From the NCBI GenBank assembly GCA_030390025.1, contig JASTWF010000342.1:434001-498000 (forward strand): DNA of 64,000 bases, given 5' to 3'. Shown piece by piece: positions 47,345-59,954 of this stretch (positions within the stretch are counted from its first letter, which is position 1; each line of letters begins with the position of its first letter). Source of the stretch: Squalus acanthias. Its lineage: Eukaryota. Both the position numbers and the translations under genes were made by a program. The notes under the pieces were generated by a model. The model did no database searches. It was not told the origin of the DNA and saw only the letters and a list, made by a program, of their open reading frames with translations.

Positions 47345-47640
47345 TTGTCCTTGAGATGTGGCCGACAATGACAAGGCAGTATTTATTGCCCATCCTTAGA
47401 TGCCTTGAGGGCATTGAAAGTCAACCACATAGTATGGGATTGTAATCATTTGTGTGTCAAACTGGGCAGCGGTGGCAAGTCCCTCCCAGAAAGATATTGG
47501 TGCCCCAGCTGAGTTTTTACAATAATCTGGCAGCTTTCATTGTCAGTTCTTTTGGTGCCAGCCCCCAAATTACCACATACAATCTCACAATTTGCCATGG
47601 TGAGATTTAAACTCCGTCCAGTACCATAACCACTCGGCTA
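47345..47640 (-). mobile_element. Degenerate copy of the second tRNA SINE family
   Basis: Similar to 41880-42240 (GATGTGG..ATTTATTGCCCATCC..AAGTCAACCACAT..GCCATGGTG.GATTT.AACT). Confidence 0.65.
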
Positions 47641-48230
47641 CCATAAGCCTTTTGAAATAAATGGATTAACACCTTCACTAAAATAACAGAGGGAAGATCT
47701 TTGTATGAATGCAACATTGCTGAAGGTAATTTGTACCCTATAGTATATTCTTATTTTAAATCGAAAATTACAATAGAAGACTTGTAAAAGGATCTGAACT
47801 TTGAATTCATAAAATTCAAAATGTAGATTCAGATTCCCCAATGTGTTGAAGTCCAGTGGTTTAAGATCAGGAAATAAAGATTGAGGTGAGTAAAGATTGG
47901 AAAGCAAGTTTGAGCAGTAATGCTCCGAACTTGTTTGATTCAACTGGACTAAGTCTGTTTTTAGATTTCAGAAATTGTCTGCTCTCCAAGAAATCAGGGT
48001 TAACAAGTGACTTGGTCCGGAGTCAAGTTTGACTGTGATCACTATTTTAAGGATTTGGATCTGACCTCAAGTTCAGTGGGCTTGTATCAGATCAAGTTCA
48101 AATAAACCAAGGAGTGGATGCATTCATCTCTGAAGGGACTTAAAAATGAGGACATTTTGAAAAGAATGAACAGTACAACAAATAGATCACAAATATTTAA
48201 AGAATGCTTAAAACATTCATAAAGAATCAT

Positions 48231-48997
48231 GGCCCAGAAATTTGACTCGGAGGCTTGCCGCGGGGGTAAGGATCGCACGCGATATCACACACCGCGCCGG
48301 CCGTTGTGTTTTGGGCCCACAGGAACTTCGGGTCCTGGACCTCTCCCTAGTGCCGGCGCGCAGTGTGTGCATGTCCCAGGGGCGCAGTTAGTGCGATGCG
48401 ACCTCTGGGATCACGTGGGCCATGGAGAGCCAATGGCAGCAGACCATCTTTCATTCATAGATTTGACAGGAGACCTGTCAAATCTGTGAATTGAAAGAGA
48501 CCCCAAAAGAACAGCTAAACCTCAAATAATTTTTTTTTTAAAAACCATCACATTAATAAAATAACTGTAGTTAAATAAACTAACCACTTTAAACAAAAAT
48601 TTAAATTTTTGAAAAAATAAAAAAAATATTTAAAAGTTATAAAAATAAACTTACCTTTCTTTAAAGTCTCTAAAAAAGATAAACCTGTTGAAAAAAATTA
48701 AAAATTATACTTAATTAACTACTTACCTTGTTCAAAAGGGGTCTTATGCCTCCTTTTTACTTGTGTAGAATCTTCCATACTTACCCTCGCGTTGAAACCT
48801 GAAAAATAACCTAAGTGTGCTGCGTGCGCGCAGCCTCTAGTGCGCACGCGGTTCACCTAGGAACTGCCCCCTTCACCATACCGGAAGTGCCGGTTTCCCA
48901 CGCATGCGCAGTGCATGCAGGAAAACCGGCACTTCGGGAACGAATACGGGTGAGTACGCACTGAGTACTCACCCGTTCTCGGCCGAATTTTTGGGCC
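48231..48997. mobile_element. Harbinger-type MITE with AT-rich core
   Basis: TIR GGCCCAGAAATT / GGCCCAAAAATT; TSD CAT. Confidence 0.88.
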
Positions 48998-49644
48998 CAT
49001 ATCGTTAAAGTGGAATTCTTAATCTGGTCCATTTTTGTCCAGGTTTCCACAGTTTCCTTAAACCTTACTTTAGTTTAAAATAGCTGTTTGTTCTTGTTAG
49101 AAATAGAACAAATAACATCACATTAAATGATAAATTGTGCAGAAGTAAAATAGTACAGAGGGATAAAACTAGAGATAATCAAATTCAAAACATAAAACTA
49201 GAATGTATTCGGTCTATTCAAAAAGACACGTAATCACTCCAATTTCAGAAGTATAAATTTTGAGTGTCTTTTCTATTTTATGTGTCTTGCCATACTTTCT
49301 TACTCTCATGGTGGGTGGTGAGCAAATGGTTGCCACAACAACAAAAGTATCTGAACTTGTAATTTATTTTTGTGTTAGTAATATACTGCGGTTCCTTGTC
49401 AAACTATGTCTACATTTTTTGCAGCAGGTTGGCGAGGGTCGAAGCAGAACATTGTACTGGTAGAACGTGGATTCATGTTTCTTGCTCACTTAGTGGGAGT
49501 GCGATCTAACCTTTACATTCTCCTTAGTGACAGCAAGTGGATTTTACATTTTATTCTGATAATACGTGAAGAATACCAGAAGCAGGGAATGGCAATTCTG
49601 CTAATATGGTAAGTATATTATTTTGCCCTGTTAGTTAATAGAAT

Positions 49645-49992
49645 TATCTCTGTAATCTCCTCCAGCCCGATAACCCTCCAAGATCTTTGCGCTCCTCCAA
49701 TTCTGGCGTCTTGCACATCCTCGATTTTCATCGCTCCACCATTGGCGGTGTTGCCTTGAGCTGCCTAGGCTCTAAGCTCTAGAATTCTTTCCCTAAAGCT
49801 CTCCATCTCTCTACCAATCTCACGTTCTTTAAGTCACTCCTTAAAACCTACCTCTTTGACCAAGCTTTTGGTCACCTGTCAAAGCATCTCTTTATGTGGC
49901 TCAGTGTCAAATTTTGATAACATTCCTGTGAAGCGCCTTGGGACATTTTTATTACATTAAAGGTGCTATATAAGCACAAATTGTTGTTGTTG
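49645..49992 (+). mobile_element. L2-type LINE 3' end
   Basis: Similar to 29225-29560; (TTG)n tail. Confidence 0.82.
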
Positions 49993-50738
49993 TAGAATTG
50001 GAATACACACCTACATATATCGCAGACACAGCTGGATTCCTGTTCCACTGTGTTGGGACTTCAAGTTGTAACAATTGCTGCAGTGGCACAAGACTTTTGG
50101 CCCCCTTTTAAAGATGTTGATTGGCCAGACATTAAAAAGTTTCCTGACCCAAGGACATCGACTGGCCAGTGAACAGCATGCCTGCTCTGTGCTTCCCCCT
50201 CTCCCCCTCCCCTCCCCTCCTCTCCCCGTACTAGTCACCCATGATGTGCCTACATCGGCGTGGATGGCTTCCAACGTCATGTAAATTAATTGATCCTCAC
50301 TCTGACCCTGGAGAAGCTGGCATAGTCAAAAACAGGTCACCGGCACCTGCTCTGCTGTATTTCCACTGGTAGACTGGGCCAAGGGTTTTTGGCCCCAATG
50401 TAAAGAAACAAAATGCAGCCACAACCTAGAATAGATTGACAGAACAAGGTTCCACCCAGGCATTATAAACCAATAATATATCTTTCTTATCTATTCATAC
50501 ACATTCATACATTATGAAATGGTACAAAACATAAAATCTAATCCTTTTTTTTACCTTAAAAGGGCTAAATCTCTCACCAATCTGAGATAACTCCAAAGTA
50601 CTGTTAAAATTTGTAGCACTTGTGTGACATAGTAATAACGAAATTTTAAATACAGCTGAATTATTATCATCAAGATGAATACTATGATCAGCTCTGGGGC
50701 ATATAATGGTTCTGGAGATGTTTCACTTAAAGTTGCTG

Positions 50739-51488
50739 AGCCTAGAATTTCGATAAGGCCTTAAAACAGGCGGTGCCACCGTAGGGCGAGATTTGCTCAC
50801 GACCTTACAAAGATCACGGCCAACGGTGTTATTTTGGTGCTGCCTGCTGATTAGCATAATTGTGCCGTTCAGCCCAGCGCTGAACGGCTGAACACCCAGC
50901 AAGGACTCTGGGGAAGGACCTGCAGGTTGGGGCGAGGATTGGCGTGAGGTCCAGGCCAGGATTGGGTGAGGGGGGGCCTGGAGATCGGGGGCAGGTCGAG
51001 GCCAGGATCAGAGTGGGGGGGTGCCCTGGAGATCGGGGGCAGGTCGAGGCCAGGATCGGAGTGGGGGGGGGGCCTCGAGGTCGGGGCGGCGGGTGCGGGG
51101 CGGGTGGCTGGAGATCGGGGCCAGGATTGGGGAGAGGTCGGGGCCAGCATCAGGGCAATATCAGAGAGGGCCTGGAGGTCGGAGTCGGGAGTGAGTTCGG
51201 AGATGATAATGGTAAGTACTGACCTGTTTTGAATTCAGCGGTGTTTAGTGTTTGTTTTCCCGGAGGCAGTAAGCTCTGGCTGCCTCAGATGCGAGCCAAA
51301 TTTGTTAGAGGTAGTAGAAGCAGGTGTTTGGCCCCTTATTTGAATAAGTTAATGGCCTAATGCCTGCTTCAGACAAAGGTAAATAACACCTCTTTTTTGC
51401 CCTCACCAATATGGCGAAGTGGACGGAAGCCATTTTTTCCACAAAACCGGCCTTAACAGCCGGCGCTAAGGTGTCGTATTTCAGGCCC
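50739..51488. mobile_element. Harbinger-type non-autonomous element with an internal G-rich ~49-bp tandem repeat (50950-51150)
   Basis: Imperfect TIRs; subterminal sequences resemble those of 40893-42950; repeat unit GGAGATCGGGGGCAGGTCGAGGCCAGGATC.GAGTGGGGGGG. Confidence 0.65.
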
Positions 51489-51572
51489 ACAGACTTTATT
51501 CAGCATTTACCAGTGAACTAACTCTGGTCTATTGTAGCTGTTGTGATCCAATGTTTATTGCAGCTTTTGTGA

Positions 51573-52040
51573 CAGCTTGACTCAGTGTAGCACCCTGGCT
51601 GCTGAGTCAGAAGATTGTGGGTTTAAGCCCCACTGCAAGACTGCCGCGGGAACAGAGAAGGAAAATCCTCTTGGTGTCCAGGCCAGCATTTATCCTTCAT
51701 CCAACACCACCAAAACAGATTATATGGTTATTTATTTCATTGCTGTTTGTGGAACCTTGTTCTGTGTTTGCCTACATAACAACAGTGACTACAATTCACA
51801 AGATCACAAAATAGTGCTGGATGAGAAAAGCCATTTAGCCATCTAAAGTCATCATCCAGAAAGATGTTAACGCTTCGCCCACTGAAGCATTCAATTGTTG
51901 CTTAAATGCTTCCAGGGATTTTTCCTCAACTAATCTATCTGGAAGTTTATTGCAGGCATTCAAATGTAATTTCTGGGTTGTGAAGCGCTTTGGGTTGCTC
52001 TAAGGGTGTGGAAGGTGCTATATAAATGCTCTTTCTTTTT
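51573..52040 (+). mobile_element. Partial, rearranged Deu-domain-like SINE
   Basis: Head TGACTCAGTG..GGGTTTAAGCCC, core GGCCAGCATTTATCCTTCA, tail GAAGGTGCTATATAAATGC. Confidence 0.55.
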
Positions 52041-53423
52041 TCTCTCATAAAGCACCTAACACCAATTACCAATTCAAAAGTCATTATCACCAATTCACTG
52101 ACATAGGGCCAGGATTTTCCATTTCTGCCTGTCCCACCAACTCCATCCCAACCCAACCCATTTCACAGGGTCAGAGCTCATCAGAGGCACACGGCTGGCT
52201 CCTGGGGGAGGGGTGGGGGATTCCCACCTCCAGAAAAGAGGCTGCCAGTGCAAAGGGCCAGTGAGAGAGGCAGTTGTTTTCAGGGACACGCTTAAGTTCG
52301 AATTTTTTTTTTACCATTTATTTAGTAGATGACATTAGTAGTTTAACCTACCTAAAAGTCTCAGCGAGTAAAATTGGACTTCGAAAAGACCAATATCGAC
52401 AAAACTGGGAAAAATCCAGGAAATTTGTGATCACCATTTACTTAACTGGGGGATGTGGAGCATGGTTTCGGCGAGGGTACTGGTGATGTGGAGCAAAAGT
52501 CCAAGAAAATTATGGCACGTTGTAAATAATGGCACAACACACTTACGTCATCATTGCCTGAGACGATGTAAAACCAAGTCAACACTGTAGATCCGCCTTT
52601 CCAATGGCACAAGAGGTAACCACTAATGAGATCTTGGAATGGAACTGTGACTTGAAGGTGTCTCTTAATTTTGTGATTTAGATTATGGAAATAATAAGAG
52701 GGATAATTTCATCGTTTTGGTCTCCCAAAGCAGAGCGCTGCGTGCTGAGAGTTCATATTGTAATATTTGGCACTGACAATACTGGAACCATTACAGGGCC
52801 CACTAGATTTTTCATCCATTAATTTTCACAAATGGAAAATTGGATGTTCTGTGTAATAGGCAGGCAATCCTCCAAACCAAATATATGCTCCCAGTGTTAC
52901 AGCTCTGTGCTAGGAATGCAAACTCAGAAAATTACCCCTAAGGAGTAATCAAAGGGTATTAGAAGTCTGATATTTTTAATTAAAATCTGGTAATTATAGA
53001 TTCTTACATATGTCTGCTTCATTGATTAATGCCTTGGGAAGAGTTCCATGTGGCTGAATGCGCATCTTGATTGATCATTATTGATAATGTCACAAAGAGG
53101 GACGTCCTTGGTGACACTTAAGGTATTTAATATCTAACTCCACTAACCTAAATGAGAAGCTTTGGGAAAATTGTAGTGAGCTTTTGGATAAGGTTACAAC
53201 ATCAGAATGCTCAAGAATGCTCAGGAGTTGAGAGAATGTTTGAGAAGGAGAAGTTGAAAGGTTTAAGAAAGGTTAAGTTGCTTGAATCATACAGAGTGTA
53301 CCACAATTAATTCAGTAGCGCAGACTTCAATACACAGAGAAGAGCATATTGAGTATGTGGAAGCTTAGCTAAAACTCGGAAAAGACCACAGAGGATGACT
53401 TTCTGCAAGCATTCCTAGAGTTG

Positions 53424-54188
53424 GGGGGGAATTTTGCCAGCCCTAGGGAGGTGGTTATGGAGGTGGGACTGCCGGGAAAATGGCAGAAACTGGGAGCGGG
53501 TACCAACCCCTCTCCCAACCCGTCTCCGTGCCATCTTCCCATCAACTTGCACAGGGACCCGTCTCCTCGAGGCGGGAGCGGGATTATAACCAATTAACTG
53601 CCTGTTAACAGGTTAAGAGGCTTAACCCCATTTTACCCCTGCAAGTGCAGTCTTCCCGACGTCGGGAAACCCCGCCAGGGTCAGCGAGGCGAGCAGTGGG
53701 TCTGCAGGGGTGAGAGGGGTCGAAAAGTCCGCTGTGGAGGTGAGTGATGGGTGCAAGTGTGGACAGGTAAGTATGAAAGGTGAGTGTAAAGTGTTAGAAA
53801 AAGTTTACTTGCCTTTGCTTCTTCCTGCAGGCTTCAACCCTTGGGGATCTGAAGGCTCCTCATCTCAACGGCAGAGATGACAGAATGGCTGCTGCATTCT
53901 CCGATGCAGCAGCCATCTGATTTCTACTAAGGAGAGAGGTTTGGTGAGTCTTCAGTACAAGGGCTTACATTAGAACAGAGATTGACAATTAATCTGTCAA
54001 AATTCATACGCTGACGTCCTCTGTCACTGGCTTTCCCTTAATTGGCCGGCTAAGCCCGCAGGGCGGGCTTAACAAGGTCAATCAAGGGAAATTAGTGTGG
54101 GTTGGCCGGACGTCGTTGGGGGTCGGGATTGAAACCCGACAACCAGTAGTCCCGCCCCCAACGCGCTCCCATTGACAAAATCCAGCCC
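53424..54188. mobile_element. Harbinger-type MITE
   Basis: Ends GGGGGGAATTTTGCCA / GGGCTGGATTTTGTCA (right end equals the H3 TIR); TSD TTG. Confidence 0.85.
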
Positions 54189-54603
54189 TTGAAGTCAGTG
54201 CATCCCAGAGGAAGGCAGATTTTCCTGACACAACAACAGCCTGCTAATCAAGGAGAGAGGTTGAATCATTTTATGCTCATGTCACAAAGGGACAGCCTTT
54301 ATACTGGAATCTCAGTCCTTGATGCCTCTAGGGGGGCGATTTTCCCATTGGAGGTGGGTTGGGAGCAGGTTTGGGGGTGGGTGGGTGCCGAACCCGCCTC
54401 CACTGCCAGGTGGGAAAAAGTTGGGATTTTCCCCGAATTACCCAATTTACTCCGGGCGTGTGGGTTCCCCTGGGCCAATTACTCCTTTGGGACTGAAACT
54501 CGCCTCTGCTGACGTCACTTATGCAGCTTCAGTTAAGGGCTGCTTGCTTCCTTGGCTCATTTCACTGCTGTTTTGTGGCTGCTGAACACTTCGCTGAGAA
54601 GAG

Positions 54604-56563
54604 ATGGCCAAATCGAGAGCCAAGGCCTCCCCAAGGTTCTCCGATGAGTCCCTGAGTATTCTGGTTGAGGGGGTGAGAGCTCGCAAGGAGGTGCTCTTCC
54701 CCTCATCTGGGAGGAAGAAGCCTCCCAAACAAACCAAGGCTGTCTGGGTGCAGCTGGCACGGGATGTAACCTCCAGATCTGTGTGCAGCAGAACATGGCT
54801 GCAGTGCCGCAAGAGGTTCAATGACCTTGTAAGATCAGCCAAAGTGAGTATACCATCAGCTTGACCCTCATTCTGCTCCCCTTCTCCTCTCATCACCAGC
54901 ACTCTGCATTGTCAACCTCCTCCTACACATCCCACTTTACCCTTACAACCCTTGCACCCTTAACCATCCCTCTTATTCTATGAATACAATCACTTCACTA
55001 TTCGACTATGCTGCCCTCACACCCCCTATCAATGTTATGCAATGACAATGACTAACAACACACAGGGAGGGTCCTTGGAAATGGAATCTCACTCCATCTT
55101 TGTCTCCTTCTAAGCATCTGTGCTCTGGACTCTCTACACTCACTCCATCATTCTCACTCAAACTCCACTTGTCTCCCTCATTGCAGGAAAAGATAGCCCA
55201 CAATAAAAGGGAAAGGGCGAAGACAGGAGGAGGGCCACCTTCCATCGCCCATTTGACCAATGCTGAAGAGGCGGCCCTGGAAATCGTTGGCGCTGAGGTG
55301 GAGGTGGAAGTGGGGGACAGATAGACGGGCGCAGCAGAGCAAGCTGGTGACAGAATAGTTTTGCATCTCTCTCTTTTACATTGCAGGAGTCACTAAAATG
55401 GCTGCTAATGTACATTTATAGAATGGCAATTGATCATCATGTGCATGCCACACTACCGTAACATCTCTAACTCATTCCTTTACAGCCATCAACAGCCCCC
55501 CTCCCCACTGTCCAGGAGGAAGATCCTGAGGCAGAAGACTCCTCAGAGGAACCTGCAACCTCTAAGGGTGCAGTGTCAGCAGAATTAAGCGCACCCAGCA
55601 CCAGCACAGATATGCACACCTCGGTGGGACCTTCGGGACATAGAGTAATGTTGTCACCTGGTGTATCACAGCTCACAAGTGAGCATCAGCAGGTGGTGGA
55701 GACAGGGACAGCAGTGGAGCGTCCTCGTCGGAGGTTGCAGGACTCTCTTAGCTCTGCTCAGCTGCATGTGGACCCTGTGCCTCCGGGTCCATCCAGAAGG
55801 AGAGCGGTCGGTGCTGGAACTCCAGGAACAGGTGCAGGAGTCTCTGGCAGGTTTTGTCTCCAGGGTCACTGCGTGTGTGGAGAGGATGAAGGAATCCAAC
55901 TCAAATATGAGCAGAGCTTTTGTGGAGTCATTGGCACATGAGTGCATCTCCTCGGAAAGGTTGGCTACCTCCGTGGAAGCGATGTCTACCTCCGTGGTAT
56001 CGATGGCTGCCTCTGCAGACGATGGCCAGGGCCATGGAGGAGATAAGTCGCCAGAGTGTTGAAAACATGGTCAATGTTCAGAATAGACTGACATCTCTGG
56101 AGGAGCGATGGTCAGCTATTGATCAGAGAGACCAGAGCTTCATGGAAGTCCTCAGCAGTAGGACTGCCAGTGCAGAGACGGGTCCTCATGGCCCCCCTGA
56201 TGTGCAGCAAGGTGCTGTCAAGCCACTTGCTAGTGCTGAGGTGGGGCTGACCCATGAGGTGGCAGAGAACAAGGAAGTGGGTGCTCCTCTCCAAGCACTC
56301 ACACTTCCATGCCACTGCGTTGCCCTTGGTCAGAGCCCCACCAGGGTCCTCACCCAACTGAGATGGGTGTCTCAGCCCCTGCACAGCCGCAGGAGGAGCA
56401 GACTGTTGCCGAGCCCTCACAGGCTCGCAAACCCAGAGGACTCCCGCCAAAGGTGTTGAAGCAGAAGCAGCATGAAAGTGAGCAAGGGGCCTTCACTTCT
56501 GCTGAAGCCACAGGGGAAGCACCACGTAGGAGCACGCGTAAGAGGAAGATAAAGCACAATTAG
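54604..56563 (+). pseudogene. H4 Myb/SANT-like accessory gene (exons 54604-54843, 55187-55346, ~55486-56563)
   Basis: MAKSRAKASPRFSDESL..RTWLQCRKRFNDLVRSAK|GTGAGT; stop at 55322; frameshifts in exon 3; ends RRSTRKRKIKHN*. Confidence 0.88.
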
Positions 56564-56820
56564 TCAAACGGGCAGTCACTTGGGTGTTTTTTTGTGTTTA
56601 ATGATTAAATGTCATCCCTTTGTCAATGTATTAAACTCTGGTGATGGCAAACTGTTGACGTTATGGCCTCTGTGATTTCGGTTTTGGAAGTTCCACATTG
56701 CGGCCTCAGCGAGACTTGCTTGGTCAGGTTGGTGGTCAGAGTGAGAGGAAACCAGAGAGTCATGTCCATTGTCTATCTTGTGCTAAGAAGAAGCCAAGCA
56801 CATGTGCTAGAATGGGCAAC

Positions 56821-58010
56821 CTAAGCAAATCTGGCCAAGATGAGTGCATCCCTTGCATTCCAGCCAGCAATGTGCTCGCGTGCTGCTGCTGCTGGTTGAT
56901 GCGCTTCCACTCAGTCATCATTCTCCTCCTCCTCCTCCTCCTCTTTATCTGAGGAGGCTATGTGCTGAGCCATTTGCTCCTCAGGGAGCTGCAAGCCACG
57001 ATGCTGTGCAATGTTGTGCAGTGCACAGCAGACCATGACCATTCTGGAGACCCTGGCTGCTGAGTACTGCAGGGCTCCACCTGATCAGTCAAGGCATCTG
57101 AATCGCATCTTCAGCAAGCCAATGGTTTGTTCGATGATGGACCTGGTCGAAATGTGGCTGGCGTTGTAGCACTCCTCTGCTTCGTTCGATGGCCTCTTGA
57201 TCGGCGTCATTAGCCACGTCTTCAGGGGGTAGCCCTTGTTTCCAAGTAGCCATCCATTAAGTTGGTTTGGCGGATTGAAGAGCGGAGGCACACTAGACTG
57301 CCGCAGGGTGAACGAGTCATGGCAACTGCCACAGTACTTGGCGCAAACATGCAAAATCTCCTTTTTGTGGTTCCACACCAGCTGTATGTTGAGGGAGTGG
57401 AAGCCCTTATGGTTGACAAAAATAGCTGGGCTGTGATGGGGTGCCCTAAGGGCCACATGTGTGCAGTCTATGACACCCTGCACCATTGACAAGCCTGCCA
57501 TATTTGCGAATCCAACCGCACGCACGGTTATACTTGCTCGATCAGTTGAAAAGTTGATGTAATTGTGTGCCTTTGAGAAGAGGGCATCGGTAAACTGCAT
57601 GATGCAACTGTGGGCGGCCGACTGGGAGATGCCGCTGATGTCTGCTGATGATCCCTGGAAGGAGCCTGAAGCAAAAAAGTTAAGTGCGGTGGTGACTTTG
57701 ACTTAAGGGATGTCCACCGGATCCTCTGGGCTCCAGGTGTTGGTGCAGCATTGCGCAGATGTCTCCGACAACCTCTCGCGAAAGTCTCAGCCTCCTTTGG
57801 CACTGCTGCTCACTCATGTTGATGAGGGTATCTCCTGCGGTGACATGCTGCCATGCGCTGGCGCCTTCTGCCCTGTGCACCATCAGGTGGGTGAGCAGCA
57901 GGTTGGCGCTCCTGCTGCTGTTGCTGCTGTTGTGCCTGGTTCTGCTGCTGCCGTGGTTGCTCCTCGTCCGAATCTGAGGTCCATGATGAAAGGAAATAAA
58001 TGTTTCCCAT
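56821..58010 (-). pseudogene. H4 Harbinger transposase pseudogene
   Basis: [10 protein letters not shown]..polyQ..; VIDCTH, LGNKGY (second D lost), IIEQTIG; small deletions and a stop at 57085. Confidence 0.92.
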
Positions 58011-59544
58011 GCTGCTGGTAGATACCTCTGTTGGGGAAGCGCTCAGTCCAAGTGGGGAAAGGATTTTCCTAGGAGGTCCCAAAGTAGATAGATCTCAGCT
58101 GCACCACCTCCGACTTCAGTAGGCCTGGAAAAAGTGCTCAAAGACCTGTGCAACAAAAGTTCTGCCACTTGCAACTCATCCCTGTTGAAAGCATCGTTTA
58201 TATGGTGGAGCTGCAGCTGTGAGGAGGCCACCCACTTGTCAACCCGCCAGGGTTAGCTGGCGTGGTTTAGGAGCGGCGTGCAACACGCTGTAAATGTGGC
58301 AAAATAACAAAGGCCTGGCAAAATAGGATTACAGAGACCCTTAACCGCTTGTTAAGGGTCTTAACTGCCTATCCCGCCTCTTGGAGGCGGGACCGAATCG
58401 CACTCCTGAAGTCCGCCTCCGGCAAAGTTGTGCGGAGGTGGATTGGAGGCGGGTTCCGAACCCGCACTCACTTTTTGAAATTTTACCAACTGTCCCGCCT
58501 CCAAACCCGCCTCCTCAGGGCTGGGAAAATCGCCCCCTAGGAGTGAATTTGCACTTCACTGATGTGATGGAGACCTGTTGTTGCATGATTTGGCTTGGTG
58601 AATAATCAATACTCCACCACTACGCCAAGGATATTTCAATAGGTCCAACTATGCCTTGGCACAGAACACACCTTGCTAGTGCATTGCGCCTAGAAACAGA
58701 GCATTTGAGTCTTTCGAAATGCTGTCCACAAACAACAGAAAGATGGTCTCCAGCCCACCTTCTGATCCTGCTTCACCTGAAAAAGAAACAACTTATCTCC
58801 CGGCTCACTTCATAAGTTTGCACCCAGATCCAACGATGGGATGTTATTCCCACCTCATTACCATGGAATTAGCATGTTTGCATCTGCAGGCTCTCCACCC
58901 CTCCCCTCAGAGGAATCCCCGGACGTTCACAGGCAACATATAGCAGCATGATCCAGCATTATGAATCTCTGCCCCTATTTCCTCTGCTTTGCATCCTGGA
59001 ATCAAGCGTCCTCCAGAGTAAAAGCAGAACAAAATTGGCTCTTATATATTATCACCATTGTAACAAGGTATCACTATTGTAACACTTGCTTTGTTTTGCT
59101 GTACTGGAGGAAGGTGGAGGAATCCACATCCCTGGCTAGTATGTAGATCAATTATATGGAAGTTTCCTGTCGAGGTCGATAGTTTGATTCTTTAAGCAGA
59201 GGCGTATGTCATTTATGGCTCAGCTAGTTGTCATTTCTAGCAAATGGTAGCAGATGCCAAGTCCATCCAAGTGTTAGAAATAATTAATATTGATCTCTTG
59301 AGCTAACAATTGCCTGCTGTCTAGTTGCATATGAGTAGCCATTATCTATATTGGCTTATCCACCAGCAGCAAGACTCTTGCCCATTATGACAATGTTGCC
59401 TTGATCTAGAGGTAGGACAATTGAATCAGGAAACCTCACGTGCAATGTTTGGCACTTTGAAATCTATTCTGATTGACAGCTTTGATTAATTGTGAAGGTA
59501 CTTTTTCAAAATCTTCATTTAGCCCTAACCTGGATCAAAGGAGA

Positions 59545-59577
59545 AGACAGAGACAGAGAGAGAGAGAGAGAGAGAGA
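59545..59577. repeat. (GA)n microsatellite
   Basis: AGACAGAGACAGAGAGAGAGAGAGAGAGAGAGA. Confidence 0.9.
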
Positions 59578-59954
59578 TAGCTGTGATTAGAGTCCTTGCT
59601 CACCAGTTTTGTTCTCACTTTATTACTGTATGTGTTGGAAGACTGTCTTTCATGTACAGCTTTTAATCATGGGCACGTGGTTGAAATTATTGAAGAGAAC
59701 AGCTAAAGTTTAGAGCTTTTTATTGTTTTGAAACTATTTTAAAGTACTGGTGAGAAGTACTACTGTTTTCATTCTGCTGACAAATCCAGTTTGCTTTTGT
59801 GTTATTTCTGACATTTAATAAAAAAAACAATTAATATCTTTCAGACTGAGTCATATGGTCTGTCAGCGTACTATTTTCTGCTGAAGTCAAGAGTTACTAT
59901 TTTCAATATTCATACCAACAGTAAAGAAGGTGTCAAAAATTCAGGTGCACAGAT

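Larger units (their letters stand above)
54332..58537. mobile_element. Harbinger copy H4 (full length, decayed)
   Basis: Perfect 16-bp TIR GGGGGCGATTTTCCCA; TSD TAG; convergent Myb-like gene and transposase. Confidence 0.95.

Noticed and set aside
50869..51232. Pro/Gly-rich protein ORFs
   Set aside because: By-products of the G-rich tandem repeat inside a non-autonomous element.
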